This document shows, piece after piece, positions 5,017 through 6,070 of a stretch of DNA of 6,070 bases. Origin of the DNA: a virus. The translations under genes and the position numbers were made by a program. The DNA lies in IMG/VR virus record IMGVR_UViG_3300020041_000027, positions 1-6,070 of that record. One strand, given 5' to 3'. Under the pieces are notes generated by a model. It searched no databases, was not told the DNA's origin, and worked only from the letters and a program-made list of their open reading frames with translations. Within the stretch, counting starts at the first letter, position 1. The number at the start of each line of letters is the position of its first letter.

Positions 5017-6070
5017 ATGAGACTTATTGATTTTAAGAGTTATGTCGACCCTGTTTCCACCGGTGCTATGCTTGGAGCCACTGGTATTTCTGCTGGCGGT
5101 CAGGTCGCCTCTGGCCTTTTTAAACCCAGTTTGAGGCGTCAGTGGAAGTATCAGCAGAAACAGATGAAACTGCAGCAGCAGTATGCCCTTGAACAGATGC
5201 AGAAACAAGGCGAGATTAATTATGCTAACTGGCAGAAACAGTTCGATTATGAGAACGCCTATAATGACCCTTCGAAAGTCTTCGACCGTTATCTTAAAGC
5301 CGGTGTTACCCCCGCCGCCGTTCTTGGCTCTTCCGGTGTTGGCATCAACGCTACTATGTCCGGTGGCTCTGCTGGCTCCGTAGGCGCTTCTGGCCCTTCA
5401 GGCGGCTCTTTTGACTTCTCCAGTCCTCTGCCTCCTGGCGTTGGTTCTGCCGCTTCAGGTGTCGCCCTCGAGGCCATGGGTGTTAATTCGACTATCGAAC
5501 GCAATAAGGCTGCCGCTAATCTCGATAATGCCCAAGCCGATGACATTCGTAACAGGATGCCCACCAGGGAACAAGGCCAGGCCCTTATCGAACTCGAGAA
5601 GCAACTAAAGCAAGCTAACATTGGCAATCAGTCTTCGCTCGCTCGTTATTATGGCGAGTTGGCTATCAATCAGGAGGCCTACAACAAGTATGCAGACCTC
5701 GCTGCCACGTATGATTTCCAGCGTATTCAGGCCGCTTATGCTGAACAGGTTGAGCGCACTAAACGTATTCGTGCTGAAAATGATGCTGAGATTCCTCTTC
5801 TCGAGCAGTCTGCTGCTGCTAACCTTGCTTATCTTCGCGCTGTCGCCGATGCTGCTAATGCTTCCGCACGTGAATCCCGTTCTCATGCTGATATTCTTGA
5901 TATTCAGCAGAAGGATATGCAACGCATGTTTGAAGTCACTTGGGAAACTCCTGTAAAGGTTCCCCTGGTTGACGATAAAGGTAAGCCTACTGGGGAGTTC
6001 GAAGAGATTACAGGTCGTGAGTATTATTCTTACCTCCGTGGTCTTGATGTTGGCGAAGGTCGTCAGAGCC
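5017..6070 (+). CDS. VP2: 5' portion of the VP2-like DNA pilot / minor capsid protein (no stop before the window end; continues at 1..410)
   Basis: The ORF starts at ATG 5017 and has no in-frame stop through 6070. ENAYNDPSKVFDRYLKAGVTP (5251..5313) matches the conserved microvirus VP2 block (YN.P..q..R.k.AG.NP). This is followed by a Gly/Ser/Ala-rich segment (about 5326..5410) and a long Ala/Gln/Glu-rich, probably helical, region. Confidence 0.85.
   Translation, partial: MRLIDFKSYVDPVSTGAMLGATGISAGGQVASGLFKPSLRRQWKYQQKQMKLQQQYALEQMQKQGEINYANWQKQFDYENAYNDPSKVFDRYLKAGVTPAAVLGSSGVGINATMSGGSAGSVGASGPSGGSFDFSSPLPPGVGSAASGVALEAMGVNSTIERNKAAANLDNAQADDIRNRMPTREQGQALIELEKQLKQANIGNQSSLARYYGELAINQEAYNKYADLAATYDFQRIQAAYAEQVERTKRIRAENDAEIPLLEQSAAANLAYLRAVADAANASARESRSHADILDIQQKDMQRMFEVTWETPVKVPLVDDKGKPTGEFEEITGREYYSYLRGLDVGEGRQS
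5951..6070. repeat. Right copy of the exact 120-nt direct terminal repeat (identical to 1..120)
   Basis: A base-by-base comparison with 1..120 shows no mismatch. Confidence 0.95.

Overview
The window is one complete circular ssDNA phage genome of the family Microviridae, linearised with an overlap. Bases 1..120 are identical to 5951..6070, so the unit length is 5950 nt. One ORF, the VP2-like pilot protein, reads in phase across that junction. All credible genes are on the + strand and tightly packed. In order they are: the VP2 3' end (1..410), two ORFans (428..748 and 756..1079), an intrinsic terminator and a GC-rich hairpin-dense non-coding region (1080..1316), a small basic ORF (1317..1517) joined to the next gene by a TAATG overlap, the HUH replication initiator VP4 (1517..2587), the major capsid protein VP1 (2591..4381), a small acidic protein (4394..4690), a second structured spacer (4691..4823), a 63-aa predicted lipoprotein (4824..5015), and the VP2 5' part (5017..6070). 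I found no tRNA, rRNA, CRISPR array, integrase or transposase. Points worth follow-up: the structured non-coding region, which could be an origin, priming site or recombination site; the tiny lipoprotein, a candidate for lysis or superinfection exclusion; an apparent frame switch near the VP2 3' end; the absence of Shine-Dalgarno motifs, which hints at a Bacteroidota host; the uncharacterised accessory ORFs; and short matches to the phiX174 origin core. Every call comes from reading the sequence and recalling family motifs. No database search was run.
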